Counted from the stretch's first letter, positions 19,852 to 27,526 are shown. The stretch is 58,897 bases of DNA from an uncultured Planctomycetia bacterium (GCA_964372765.1 CAYJSE010000004.1:1-58897), one strand, 5' to 3'. Notes: a model not told the origin generated them from the letters alone. Made by a program: numbers and translations.

Positions 19852-19923
19852 GGCGGCGTAACTCAGTGGTAGAGTAGCGGACTCATAAGCCGTTTGTCAT
19901 AGGTTCGATCCCTATCGCCGCCA
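19852..19923 (+). tRNA. tRNA with CAU anticodon (elongator Met, or Ile2 if lysidinylated)
   Basis: Hand-folded cloverleaf: acceptor GGCGGCG/CGCCGCC; D arm ACTC-AGTGGTA-GAGT; anticodon arm GCGGA-CTCATAA-GCCGT (G27-U43 wobble, A31/G39 mismatch); T arm ATAGG-TTCGATC-CCTAT; discriminator A; no encoded CCA. The G1-C72 pair argues against an initiator. Confidence 0.8.
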
Positions 19924-19949
19924 ATAGTTTATAGAGATTTTTTTGAGTC

Positions 19950-20561
19950 ATGATCGGTATCCTTTGTCCCAGCACCTTCGAATATGAGTATTTGAGCGCG
20001 GCGCATCTGGAGCGCCTGGGGGCGAAGCTTGTGTGCTCCGGCATGGGGAAGCTGCGCGCGGGGTTCGCGTGTCACCGTCTTCTGGTAGAAAACCCGGGGT
20101 TGAGTGGGATATTGCTCATCGGCTACGCGGGCGGGCTGACCGAGGATCTTCAAGTGGGCGATGTGGTGGAGCCCTCACTTTTTGTCGAGCAGGACTACTG
20201 CGCCGAGCCGTTTGAGAAATTTCCCAACGAGATCCGGAAGAGACGGCCCAAGCTTTTAAGCGAGTCGCTCGAATCCGTCATGCTGACCCAGGACCGTTTT
20301 TTGACCGAGAATCCATACAAAAAGGACATGGGACGTTACGCAGGCCAAAAAATCGCCTGTGACATGGAATCCTACGCGGTTGCGCACTTTTGCGAAAACT
20401 CCGGCATCCGCTATGGCGTCGTGAAGCTGATCTCGGACTCAGCCGACGCCCACGCCGACCACGATTTTCTAAAGGCCTGCCGGGACCTAGCGCCGAAACT
20501 GCAAAAGGCGGCTCTAGAAGCCGTCCGGCAACTTTCACACGAAGCGGCGGCGGTTTCATGA
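19950..20561 (+). CDS. Nucleoside phosphorylase family 1 protein (MTA/SAH nucleosidase or futalosine hydrolase-like)
   Basis: GMGK..A......L.....L.GILLIGYAGGL...L.VGDVV...ACDMESYAVAHFC...G.....KLISDSAD. This pattern fits the PNP_UDP_1 fold. The substrate cannot be inferred. Confidence 0.6.
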   Translation: MIGILCPSTFEYEYLSAAHLERLGAKLVCSGMGKLRAGFACHRLLVENPGLSGILLIGYAGGLTEDLQVGDVVEPSLFVEQDYCAEPFEKFPNEIRKRRPKLLSESLESVMLTQDRFLTENPYKKDMGRYAGQKIACDMESYAVAHFCENSGIRYGVVKLISDSADAHADHDFLKACRDLAPKLQKAALEAVRQLSHEAAAVS

Positions 20562-20920
20562 CGAAGCTATTGACGATCGACGATGAGGCGGAGTTTACGG
20601 CGATGATCGAGAGCTACTTTGGCCCGCGCGGCTACCGGGTGTTTGTCGCCCAGGACGGGGACTCGGGGCTCGCGATGGCGCTTGAAACAAAACCCGATGT
20701 GTGCCTCATCGACCTCAAGATGCCCGGCAAGCACGGTGATGAGATCCTCACTATTCTTAAAAAAGAATACCCAAAAATTCAGTGCATCATGATCACGGCC
20801 TCGGAGGGTGAAGGCAAGACGCGCGCGCGGCTTCTGGAGCTCGGCGCCTACGCGTGCTTTGATAAACCGCTCACCTCCCTCAAGGATTTAGAGCAAAAAA
20901 TCAAGGAAGCGTTGACATAA
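20558..20920 (+). CDS. Single-domain response regulator (CheY-like receiver)
   Basis: Start placed at ATG 20558 (ATGA overlap with the upstream gene). LLTIDDE, phospho-acceptor context CLIDLKMPG, ITA, FDKP. Confidence 0.85.
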   Translation: MTKLLTIDDEAEFTAMIESYFGPRGYRVFVAQDGDSGLAMALETKPDVCLIDLKMPGKHGDEILTILKKEYPKIQCIMITASEGEGKTRARLLELGAYACFDKPLTSLKDLEQKIKEALT

Positions 20921-20923
20921 ACG

Positions 20924-21122
20924 CGCCCCGGAGCCATGATTATGTCTTTAGCGCAGGTAAGGCCCTATTTAGCCACGTTGTCATTGCGAGCGACCGAAGG
21001 GAGCGAAGCAATCTCGCTCTTGAACACGAGATTGCTTCGTCGCTTCGCTCCTCGCAATGACGCTTACCTGCGTTAAGAGCATAATCGTGCCCGGAGCCCC
21101 CATTTCCGGGGCGTTGTTATTT
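20924..21122 (+). terminator. Ancestral Rho-independent terminator split by a repeat insertion
   Basis: cgccccgg (20924-20931) is the exact complement of ccggggcg (21106-21113), followed by TTGTTATTT. Removing 20936-21098 restores an 8-bp stem with an 11-nt loop immediately after the stop codon at 20920. Confidence 0.6.
20936..21089. mobile_element. MITE-like non-autonomous element with a 9-bp target-site duplication (repeat family copy 2)
   Basis: The direct repeat CCCGGAGCC occurs at 20927-20935 and 21090-21098. Imperfect ~26-nt terminal inverted repeats are atgattatgtctttagcgcaggtaag / cttacctgcgttaagagcataatcgt, matching at about 21 of 26 positions. The inner hairpin at 20980-21061 is gtcattgcgag...cgaagcaatctcg / cgagattgcttcg...ctcgcaatgac. 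There is no coding capacity. Confidence 0.65.
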
Positions 21123-21150
21123 GACAAAATGTATTAAATATGATACATTT
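21121..21150 (+). promoter_or_regulatory. Promoter plus palindromic operator of the XRE/NTase pair (probably a leaderless transcript)
   Basis: TTGACA at 21121-21126, a 17-nt spacer, TACATT at 21144-21149. The inverted repeat AAATGTAT-N8-ATACATTT (21127-21150) fills the spacer and -10. The ATG at 21156 is only 7 nt after the -10 and has no SD. Confidence 0.6.
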
Positions 21151-21155
21151 TATTT

Positions 21156-21644
21156 ATGCTTCCTTTTGGACAAATCGTTTACCTATGGCGCGTGGACCGG
21201 GGGATGACTCAAAACGAGCTTTCCAGAGGGTCGGGTGTGTCACGGCCTAATCTATCCGCGATAGAAAATGGCGTTCGAAGTGTGACACTTGAAACGGTTC
21301 ATAGTTTGGCCCGGAGCTTGGGAGTTCGGGCGGGCGAACTGGTGGACGGCACTTTGCCGAGTCCTACACATCTCACTTTGACCCGAACGCGCATGGATCG
21401 CATCGCGCGGCGCGTGGCGGGAGAAGATATTTCTTTGAGCCGGGATGAAAAAAAACTGGCGGATGATCTGCGCTCGCTGGTCAAGCAAAAATTATCCATG
21501 AACCGTTCCAAGCGAAACCGGTTGCCTCGATCTGCGCGGCGCGAGAATTTGGTATTTTTAAAACTCAAAGACGAAATCGGAGCCGCTTCCCTGCAGAATC
21601 TTTTTAGTCGGATTGAGAAAAAAGCGGGCCTTGCTCATGAATAA
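21156..21644 (+). CDS. XRE-family helix-turn-helix protein with a basic C-terminal extension (putative antitoxin/regulator)
   Basis: GMTQNELSRGSGVSRPNLSAIENGVRSVTLETVHSLARSLGV is a classic HTH_3/XRE motif. It is followed by about 90 aa of charged extension. Confidence 0.8.
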   Translation: MLPFGQIVYLWRVDRGMTQNELSRGSGVSRPNLSAIENGVRSVTLETVHSLARSLGVRAGELVDGTLPSPTHLTLTRTRMDRIARRVAGEDISLSRDEKKLADDLRSLVKQKLSMNRSKRNRLPRSARRENLVFLKLKDEIGAASLQNLFSRIEKKAGLAHE

Positions 21645-22254
21645 GGACACAATCGTCGATTTTTTTGAACAACTTTCACGATACTACCCCAAGTCATGTC
21701 AGATTCTGGTGACGGGCGCCGTGGCGGCGGCTCTGTATGGACGTGTGCGGCCTACGCGTGATATTGATTTTGAGTTTAGATTAAAAAGCGCTTCCACGGG
21801 GTCCGCGGAAGCGGACGCGGAAGAATTTATCCGTGCCGCCAATGCGGTCGGTCGAGAAACGGGGATTGATATCCAATGCGCGGAAGATATCGACCGATGG
21901 TCCTCGATCACGCTGCACGGCTATAGAGAGCACTCTTATTTTTATCAAAAGTTTGGGCAGCTCGAAGTTCGGTTGATGGAGCCCAGCTATTGGGCGATCG
22001 GAAAGTTGTCTCGGTACGTGGATCCGGATATTCGTGATCTAATTCATGTTTTGCAAAAGACAGAAACTCCTTGGCAGGAGCTGGCGCGGGTCGCGGGCAC
22101 GGCGTTGCGTAAAAGCCCAAAGTCGACCGCCTGCTTCCTGTTTCGCAAGCAGACAGAAAATTTTCTCAATTCCTACGGGAGTCAAATCTGGGGAAAAGAT
22201 TTTGACGCAAAACAGGCGGTGCAAGATTTTTTGAAAGCCGCTGGTATATCGTGA
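21637..22254 (+). CDS. Nucleotidyltransferase-fold protein (DUF6036/AbiEii-like), putative toxin partner
   Basis: Start placed at ATG 21637, overlapping the XRE gene by 8 nt. ILVTGAVAAALYGRVRPTRDIDFEF resembles the G[SG]-x9-12-DxD minimal NTase signature. Confidence 0.5.
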   Translation: MNKDTIVDFFEQLSRYYPKSCQILVTGAVAAALYGRVRPTRDIDFEFRLKSASTGSAEADAEEFIRAANAVGRETGIDIQCAEDIDRWSSITLHGYREHSYFYQKFGQLEVRLMEPSYWAIGKLSRYVDPDIRDLIHVLQKTETPWQELARVAGTALRKSPKSTACFLFRKQTENFLNSYGSQIWGKDFDAKQAVQDFLKAAGIS

Positions 22255-22266
22255 TAAAATAAATCC

Positions 22267-22578
22267 ATGATAGAGCAGAGAACCGCCGAACGGTTTACCC
22301 CCCACGCGCCTCTCTACGCGACAATCCGCGCGCGCTCCGTCGCCGCGGGCCGCTTCACCGTGCAAAATATCAGTAAAAAAGGAATCTGCGTCGACGCTCC
22401 ATCGCGCCTGCCCAAGGACGAAGAGTTTGACATCGAGCTCGGCCGCGGCACGAGCGGCCAGGCCGGTCATTTCCAGGCGCATGTGGTCTGGCAGGACCGG
22501 CACCGGGCCGGCTTTATGTTTCGTCTCGCCAATCAAAATGAAGAGTTCCTGGAAGAAATCTTGAGTCAGGTGAAATAA
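22267..22578 (+). CDS. PilZ domain protein (c-di-GMP receptor)
   Basis: RTAER (RxxxR) and NISKKG ((D/N)xSxxG) at canonical spacing. 103-aa stand-alone PilZ. Confidence 0.8.
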   Translation: MIEQRTAERFTPHAPLYATIRARSVAAGRFTVQNISKKGICVDAPSRLPKDEEFDIELGRGTSGQAGHFQAHVVWQDRHRAGFMFRLANQNEEFLEEILSQVK

Positions 22579-22584
22579 ATTCGC

Positions 22585-22962
22585 ATGCCCGCCAAGCTGC
22601 TCGTGGTGGACAATGAAATCGATATCTGCAACTTTGTGAAGTCATTTTTTGAAGTGCGCGGACTGAAAGTGATCACGGCCATAAACGGCGACGAGGCGAT
22701 GTCGCTGTTGGTCAAGGAGAACCCGGACATTGTCCTTTTGGACGTCATGATGCGCACTGAAACGGAAGGCCTCGAGTTTCTACCCAAGATCAAACAGGCC
22801 AAGCCCGGTATAAAAGTGTTGATGGTGACGGGCGTGGAGGATGAGTCGTCTATCCAGGAGGCCAAGCGGCTTGGCGCCGACGATTACATCACAAAGCCCT
22901 TGGTGCTGGAGTACCTGGAAGGGACGGTGTTGGGAAAGATCAAGAGTTTAGTTCGTCGTTAG
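22585..22962 (+). CDS. Single-domain response regulator (CheY-like receiver)
   Basis: LLVVDNE, VLLDVMM (acceptor Asp), VTG, ITKP. Confidence 0.85.
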   Translation: MPAKLLVVDNEIDICNFVKSFFEVRGLKVITAINGDEAMSLLVKENPDIVLLDVMMRTETEGLEFLPKIKQAKPGIKVLMVTGVEDESSIQEAKRLGADDYITKPLVLEYLEGTVLGKIKSLVRR

Positions 22963-23023
22963 GAGAAAGACCATTTATAGCCGCATTGATTACCAGGAAG
23001 CTCTTCTAAACGCCTCCAAGAGC

Positions 23024-24196
23024 ATGATCCGGGTGAAAGACCCGGTGACGCTTCTTCGCATCATCACGCGTTTCATCGACCGCCAAATCGGCGCCACGCA
23101 TGTGGCTATACTTTTGTACCAGCGCCACCGCGACGCGTATGTGCTGATTGATTCGAAAGGCGACGGCGGTATCAAAATTCCGGTCGGCTATGTGCGCATC
23201 CCGCGCGACTCGGCGCTGGTGCAGTTTTTTGTCTGCGCCAACAACGGCCACTTCGCGCGCAAAGAGGCGCTTATCTACAGCGAGCTCGAGCATTTGCAGA
23301 ATTTTGAGATTTTTGTGAATAAAAAGGAAGATCGCGCGATCCACTATGGCGATATCAAAAGCCAGATGGAGTATCTGCGAGCGTCGATCTGCATCCCGAG
23401 TTTTTATAAAAATGAGCTAGTCGGCGTGCTGGTGCTGGGCGAGAAGCTGTCGGCCGAGCCGTACATGAATGAAGAGATCAACCTTTTCGTGACGCTGGCC
23501 AACGACGTCGCGATGGCCGTGAAAAACGCGGAGTTGATCCAGGACCTAAAGTTCGCGTTTGACAAGGAGCACCGGCTTTTTATCCACACCGCGATCGCGC
23601 TCGCAACCGCGATCGACGCGCGCGACCGCTACACGCACGGACACTCCGAGCGCGTGTCCCACTACAGCCTCGTGATCGCCAAGGAGCTGATTGATACCGG
23701 CCGGATGCAGTTTGACCGCGAGTTTATGGAAACCGTGCAGTTGTCGGCGTTGCTGCACGATGTGGGCAAGATCGGCATTCGCGACCAGATCCTGAACAAG
23801 CCCGAGAAGCTGACGTCTGAAGAGTTTGAGACCATGAAAATGCATGTCCAGATCGGCGGCTCGATCGTGAAGTCGATCAAGGGTTTGAGCAATCTCGACC
23901 ACGGGATTTTGTATCACCACGAACGCTTCGACGGCAAGGGCTACCCGCATGGTTTGAAGGGCTATGAGATTCCGCTGATCGGACGCATCGTGAATGTGGC
24001 CGACTCGTTTGACACGATCGCCACCGCGCGCGCCTACAAGGAAGCGACGGTGCAGAACGACGCGTTTTTGGAGCTCAAACGTTGCGCCGGCAGTCAGTTT
24101 GACCCCGATATCGTCGAGGCGTTTTACAACGCTTATCAAAAAGGGAAGCTTTCGAAAAAGGAGTACACAAGCTTCGATTTTTCGAGACTCCATTGA
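23024..24196 (+). CDS. GAF domain / HD-GYP domain protein (c-di-GMP phosphodiesterase family)
   Basis: The N-terminal region is GAF-like (ICIPSFYKNELVGVLVLGEK). The C-terminal region has HGHSERV, LLHDVGKIGI and HHERFDGKGYP, the HD and GYP signatures. Confidence 0.88.
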   Translation: MIRVKDPVTLLRIITRFIDRQIGATHVAILLYQRHRDAYVLIDSKGDGGIKIPVGYVRIPRDSALVQFFVCANNGHFARKEALIYSELEHLQNFEIFVNKKEDRAIHYGDIKSQMEYLRASICIPSFYKNELVGVLVLGEKLSAEPYMNEEINLFVTLANDVAMAVKNAELIQDLKFAFDKEHRLFIHTAIALATAIDARDRYTHGHSERVSHYSLVIAKELIDTGRMQFDREFMETVQLSALLHDVGKIGIRDQILNKPEKLTSEEFETMKMHVQIGGSIVKSIKGLSNLDHGILYHHERFDGKGYPHGLKGYEIPLIGRIVNVADSFDTIATARAYKEATVQNDAFLELKRCAGSQFDPDIVEAFYNAYQKGKLSKKEYTSFDFSRLH

Positions 24197-24220
24197 CATT
24201 TGACCGCGGGGTGCTACAAT
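24193..24220 (+). promoter_or_regulatory. Sigma70-like promoter upstream of the 24270 ORF
   Basis: TTGACA at 24193-24198, a 16-nt spacer, TACAAT at 24215-24220. AGGGAG lies before ATG 24270. Confidence 0.55.
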
Positions 24221-24269
24221 AACCCAAATATTCAAGACAAATGTTCAAGAAAGGGAGTGTACATTTAAG

Positions 24270-24731
24270 ATGAAAAAGTATCGTTGGTTTGGATTTCTTG
24301 TGTTTTCTGGCCTTATTCTTTTATCGTCTAGTAGCGTGTTCTTTGCCGAAGAGACGGCTGTGCCGGCGGCGGTAGACAGCGCGACCGAACTGGCCACCGA
24401 GCCGGCTTCGGTTGCCGCGGCTCCCGTGGAAGCGGCTCCGACAGAGCCCGCCGTGTCTGAAGAGCCGCCGATGGTTTCTGCGGAAACGCTCGAGTTTGTG
24501 TCGGGTGAGGTGACGGCTATCGATGCCACCGCGGGAACGATAACCTTGAAACTGTATGGCGATCTCGAGGACGGTTCTGCCGACAAGGTGGTGACGATCA
24601 CCGCGGACGCCAATACGGATATCACCGATGGTGAAAATGACCGCACACTCGCGTCCGTCGAAGCCGGCACCGAGGTGGACGTCGAATACGACCCAGCCAC
24701 GAATAAATCGACCTACGTCTTCATTTACTGA
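24270..24731 (+). CDS. Secreted hypothetical protein (signal peptide, Ala/Glu/Pro-rich linker, small beta domain)
   Basis: MKKYRWFGFLVFSGLILLSSSSVFFAEE is signal-like. SGEVTAIDATAGTITLKLYG...VDVEYD resembles the domain of the 3041 ORF. Confidence 0.4.
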   Translation: MKKYRWFGFLVFSGLILLSSSSVFFAEETAVPAAVDSATELATEPASVAAAPVEAAPTEPAVSEEPPMVSAETLEFVSGEVTAIDATAGTITLKLYGDLEDGSADKVVTITADANTDITDGENDRTLASVEAGTEVDVEYDPATNKSTYVFIY

Positions 24732-25773
24732 TTTCCGTCAAATTCTAGAATACTTTGAACGGCTGAACCGCCAGGCCGGTCTCCTGCGAAAGGGGGACCG
24801 CGTGGTGGCGGCTGTTTCCGGCGGCCCCGACTCGGCGGCGCTTTTATTCCTGCTCTCAAAACTCCGTAAGAAATACCGGCTTGTTGTTTCAGCGGCGCAT
24901 CTCAACCACGCGATTTTGAGCGCCGCGCCTAGATTCGAGGCGCGCGCGCGTGAATGGGCGGCGGAGCTTTCGATCCCTTTTTATTCCAAGACCGTGCGGG
25001 TGCATGACGCGGCCCGCCGCGAAAAACGCTCGCTCGAAGAGGCAGGACGGCTCGCGCGCTACCGGTATTTCAAGGAAGTGGCGCGGCGCACGCGTTCCGC
25101 GAAGATCGCCACCGCGCACACGCTGGACGATCAGGCGGAAACCATGCTGATGCGCATCGTGCGCGGCACGGGTTTACGGGGGCTTGTGGCGATTCGCCCC
25201 AAGCGGCCCGAGGGTGATTTCGAGATCATCCGGCCGCTTCTCGGCGTTACCAAAGATGAGATCCTTTCTTTTTTAAAAGAAAATAGCATTCGCTTTGAAC
25301 GCGACCCTTCGAACCGCGACGCGGATTTTTTACGCAACCGCGTCCGTCACGTGCTGCTGCCGCTTTTGGAAAAATGGAATCCCAATCTGCGCCGGAATTT
25401 GGCGCAGCAGCAGGCTGTGTTTCAGGAAATTCAGGACTACCTAGATTGCGCGGCGGCGGCGGCTCTGCGGAGGGTGGGGGTGGCACGCGGGAAACTTTCT
25501 TTGGAGGCGTTTCGCCGGCTGCCGGCTGCGATGCAGCGCGAAGTGATGTTTAAAATATTGGAAATACAAAAAGGCGACACACGCGCGTTTACATTCGCGC
25601 ACATCGAAGCGCTGTGTCAGCTGGCACAGTCCCGCGAAGAGGGCCTGTGGCTTTCGCTGCCCGGCGCTCTGCGCGTCCGAAAGTCCGCGTCGTTTATGCA
25701 AGTTGACACAAACCAGCGATCCGCCTATAATCGCCGGCAAAGTAAAAGGAGGTTTTTGAATGTCGAAAGTTGA
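24628..25773 (+). CDS. tilS: tRNA(Ile)-lysidine synthase
   Basis: GDRVVAAVSGGPDSAALLFLL PP-loop, AAHLNH, TAHTLDDQAET. The start is unresolved. The only in-frame ATGs (24628, 24637) overlap the upstream gene by about 100 nt, and no ATG/GTG/TTG lies between 24732 and the PP-loop. Confidence 0.85.
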   Translation: MVKMTAHSRPSKPAPRWTSNTTQPRINRPTSSFTDFRQILEYFERLNRQAGLLRKGDRVVAAVSGGPDSAALLFLLSKLRKKYRLVVSAAHLNHAILSAAPRFEARAREWAAELSIPFYSKTVRVHDAARREKRSLEEAGRLARYRYFKEVARRTRSAKIATAHTLDDQAETMLMRIVRGTGLRGLVAIRPKRPEGDFEIIRPLLGVTKDEILSFLKENSIRFERDPSNRDADFLRNRVRHVLLPLLEKWNPNLRRNLAQQQAVFQEIQDYLDCAAAAALRRVGVARGKLSLEAFRRLPAAMQREVMFKILEIQKGDTRAFTFAHIEALCQLAQSREEGLWLSLPGALRVRKSASFMQVDTNQRSAYNRRQSKRRFLNVES

Positions 25774-25939
25774 AGTTCGTCCCAATGAGCCGCTTGAAAA
25801 AGCGCTGCGCCGCTTCAAAAAGAAAATCGAGCGCGAAGGGATCTTGAAGACGCTTAAAGCTCGCAAACATTACGAGAAACCCAGCGAAATCAAGCGCCGC
25901 AAAGCACGCGCCAGCCGCAGCCGCCGCAATTTTCTATAA
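25760..25939 (+). CDS. rpsU: 30S ribosomal protein S21
   Basis: 59-aa ORF missing from the track: MSKVEVRPNEPLEKALRRFKKKIEREGILKTLKARKHYEKPSEIKRRKARASRSRRNFL. AAAGGAGG at 25745-25752. Confidence 0.93.
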   Translation: MSKVEVRPNEPLEKALRRFKKKIEREGILKTLKARKHYEKPSEIKRRKARASRSRRNFL

Positions 25940-25944
25940 ACTCC

Positions 25945-26283
25945 ATGCAGCCCGAATCTCCGGCCAAGAAAGTGGACGAGGCCTGGAAGAACGCTGTCGA
26001 AAACGAAAAACAGGCTCTTTCCTCTCAAGGAATACCTAAAAGCGCTGGCCTCGAGCCAAAGCCCGATCCTCAATTTTTACAGTTTCTGCAAACGCTCGGC
26101 ATGCAGGCGGTGATGATGCTCGAGGAGTCGGAAATGGAGCAAGCCAAGTTTCTGATCGATACGATCCGCACGCTCAAGAAAAAAACCCAAGGCAATCTCG
26201 CCCAGGAAGAAGAAGCGTTGCTTCAAAATCTCGTGTATGAACTCGAGCTAAAATACGTCGAGCGCTCCAAGGCCCCGAAATGA
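25945..26283 (+). CDS. DUF1844 domain protein
   Basis: FLQFLQTLGMQAVMML...AKFLIDTIRTLKKKTQGNL..EE..LL...VYELELKY fits the DUF1844 pattern as I recall it. Confidence 0.55.
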   Translation: MQPESPAKKVDEAWKNAVENEKQALSSQGIPKSAGLEPKPDPQFLQFLQTLGMQAVMMLEESEMEQAKFLIDTIRTLKKKTQGNLAQEEEALLQNLVYELELKYVERSKAPK

Positions 26284-27422
26284 TTTTTGCCGCGTTCTTT
26301 ATCGTAGGGGCGCTGGTGGGCGGAGTGATTGTTTATTTTGTGCGCGGGCGGGTTCAAAACGAGTTTAAGGCGGCGGCCTCCGACACGCTGCAGAAAACCG
26401 CCGAGCAGTTTTTGTTGACGGCGATCAAAGATCTGCGTCAGGTCAAAACTGAAGCGGATGACAGCATCACCCGCCAGAAAGATCACATCCTCACAAGCGT
26501 CGATGAGATGAAGGCCAAGCTCGACGAGTCCCAGAAGCTGGTGCGCGCTTTTGAGGAAGAGCGCGGGCAAGTTTATGGAAAGCTAGAAAAATCATTAAGT
26601 CAAGTTCTGGAAGCCGAGCAGCTCATCCGGCTTGAAACCAGCTCTCTGAAAAGCGCGCTTTCAGCCTCCAGCGGCGTGCGTGGCCGGTGGGGGGAGCGTA
26701 TCTTGCTCGAGATTTTGGAACAAAACGGATTGGTCCGAGGCATCAATTTTGACACGCAAGTCGTTTTGTCGAACGAATCCCAAAACGACAGCCGGCCTGA
26801 TTTTGTCATCAATCTCCCGGACGGCAAGCATCTGGTGATCGATTCCAAGGACATAACCGGCGAATATCTCGCGGCGCAGGAAACGAACGATCCTACCCGG
26901 CAAAAAGAGCATTTTGAAAAACTGGTAGCCAATATTCGCTTAAATATTACCAAGCTTGGCCGTAAAGAATACCAGTCGCTTTTAGACAGCGATATCCCGT
27001 TTGTCGTGATGTTTATCCCGAGCGAGGCCGCGATCCGCGCGGCGTTTGCCACAGATCCGGGCATTTTTGAGGACGCCACGGCTAAGCGCGTGATCCTCGC
27101 CAGCCCTATGACGGTGATTCCTTTGATTTATCTTATAAAAAACGCGTGGCGCCAACATCAGCTCGCCGAACACGCCCGAGAGTTGGGGGATGTGGTGGAG
27201 GATCTGGGCGACCGGATCTATAAATTTGTGAAGCATTTACAGGGTATTCAGGGAGGGCTCGAAAAAGCGACGGACAATTGGAACAGCGCCGTCGGATCAT
27301 GGACCCGAAGCGTCCGGCCCCAGATCGACAAAGTGCAGGCCCTAGGCGGCCAACTCAAGGACCCGGAAGAGCTCTCCACGATAGACGTCCAGCCACGGCT
27401 TTTGAGTGAGCCCCGGGCCTAG
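26280..27422 (+). CDS. rmuC: DNA recombination protein RmuC
   Basis: N-terminal TM, a coiled coil, then RGRWGE..L..ILE..GL......Q......RPDFVI.LPDGK.LVIDSK and IPSEA, which is the RmuC nuclease-like core. Confidence 0.85.
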   Translation: MIFAAFFIVGALVGGVIVYFVRGRVQNEFKAAASDTLQKTAEQFLLTAIKDLRQVKTEADDSITRQKDHILTSVDEMKAKLDESQKLVRAFEEERGQVYGKLEKSLSQVLEAEQLIRLETSSLKSALSASSGVRGRWGERILLEILEQNGLVRGINFDTQVVLSNESQNDSRPDFVINLPDGKHLVIDSKDITGEYLAAQETNDPTRQKEHFEKLVANIRLNITKLGRKEYQSLLDSDIPFVVMFIPSEAAIRAAFATDPGIFEDATAKRVILASPMTVIPLIYLIKNAWRQHQLAEHARELGDVVEDLGDRIYKFVKHLQGIQGGLEKATDNWNSAVGSWTRSVRPQIDKVQALGGQLKDPEELSTIDVQPRLLSEPRA

Positions 27423-27526
27423 CCTATATCCTGTATTCAAAATCATCACTTGACACAACATATAGATTTTGTTACTCTTTGTGTACTTCTTAGACCCTTT
27501 ACTAATAGTAAGAAGAGGTGCCTGTC

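Noticed and set aside
20390-20557. Tracked N-terminal extension of the response regulator. Similar extensions occur on groES (812), hemC (11700), hemB (14311), mnmA (18743) and the cupredoxin (43108).
   Set aside because: The extensions lie inside the preceding genes in another frame and have biased composition. In each case family-like sequence starts at an internal start codon, often with an SD or a start/stop overlap.
23546-24235. Long antisense or alternate-frame ORFs: 23546-24235(-), 16778-17506(-), 10494-11216(+), 36185-36898(+), 3836-4462(-), 28292-28759(-), 12620-13096(-), 47918-48469(+) and others.
   Set aside because: These are shadow ORFs typical of GC-rich coding DNA. They are Arg/Pro/Gly/His-rich, show no family motifs, and each is fully embedded in a well-supported gene on the other strand or frame.
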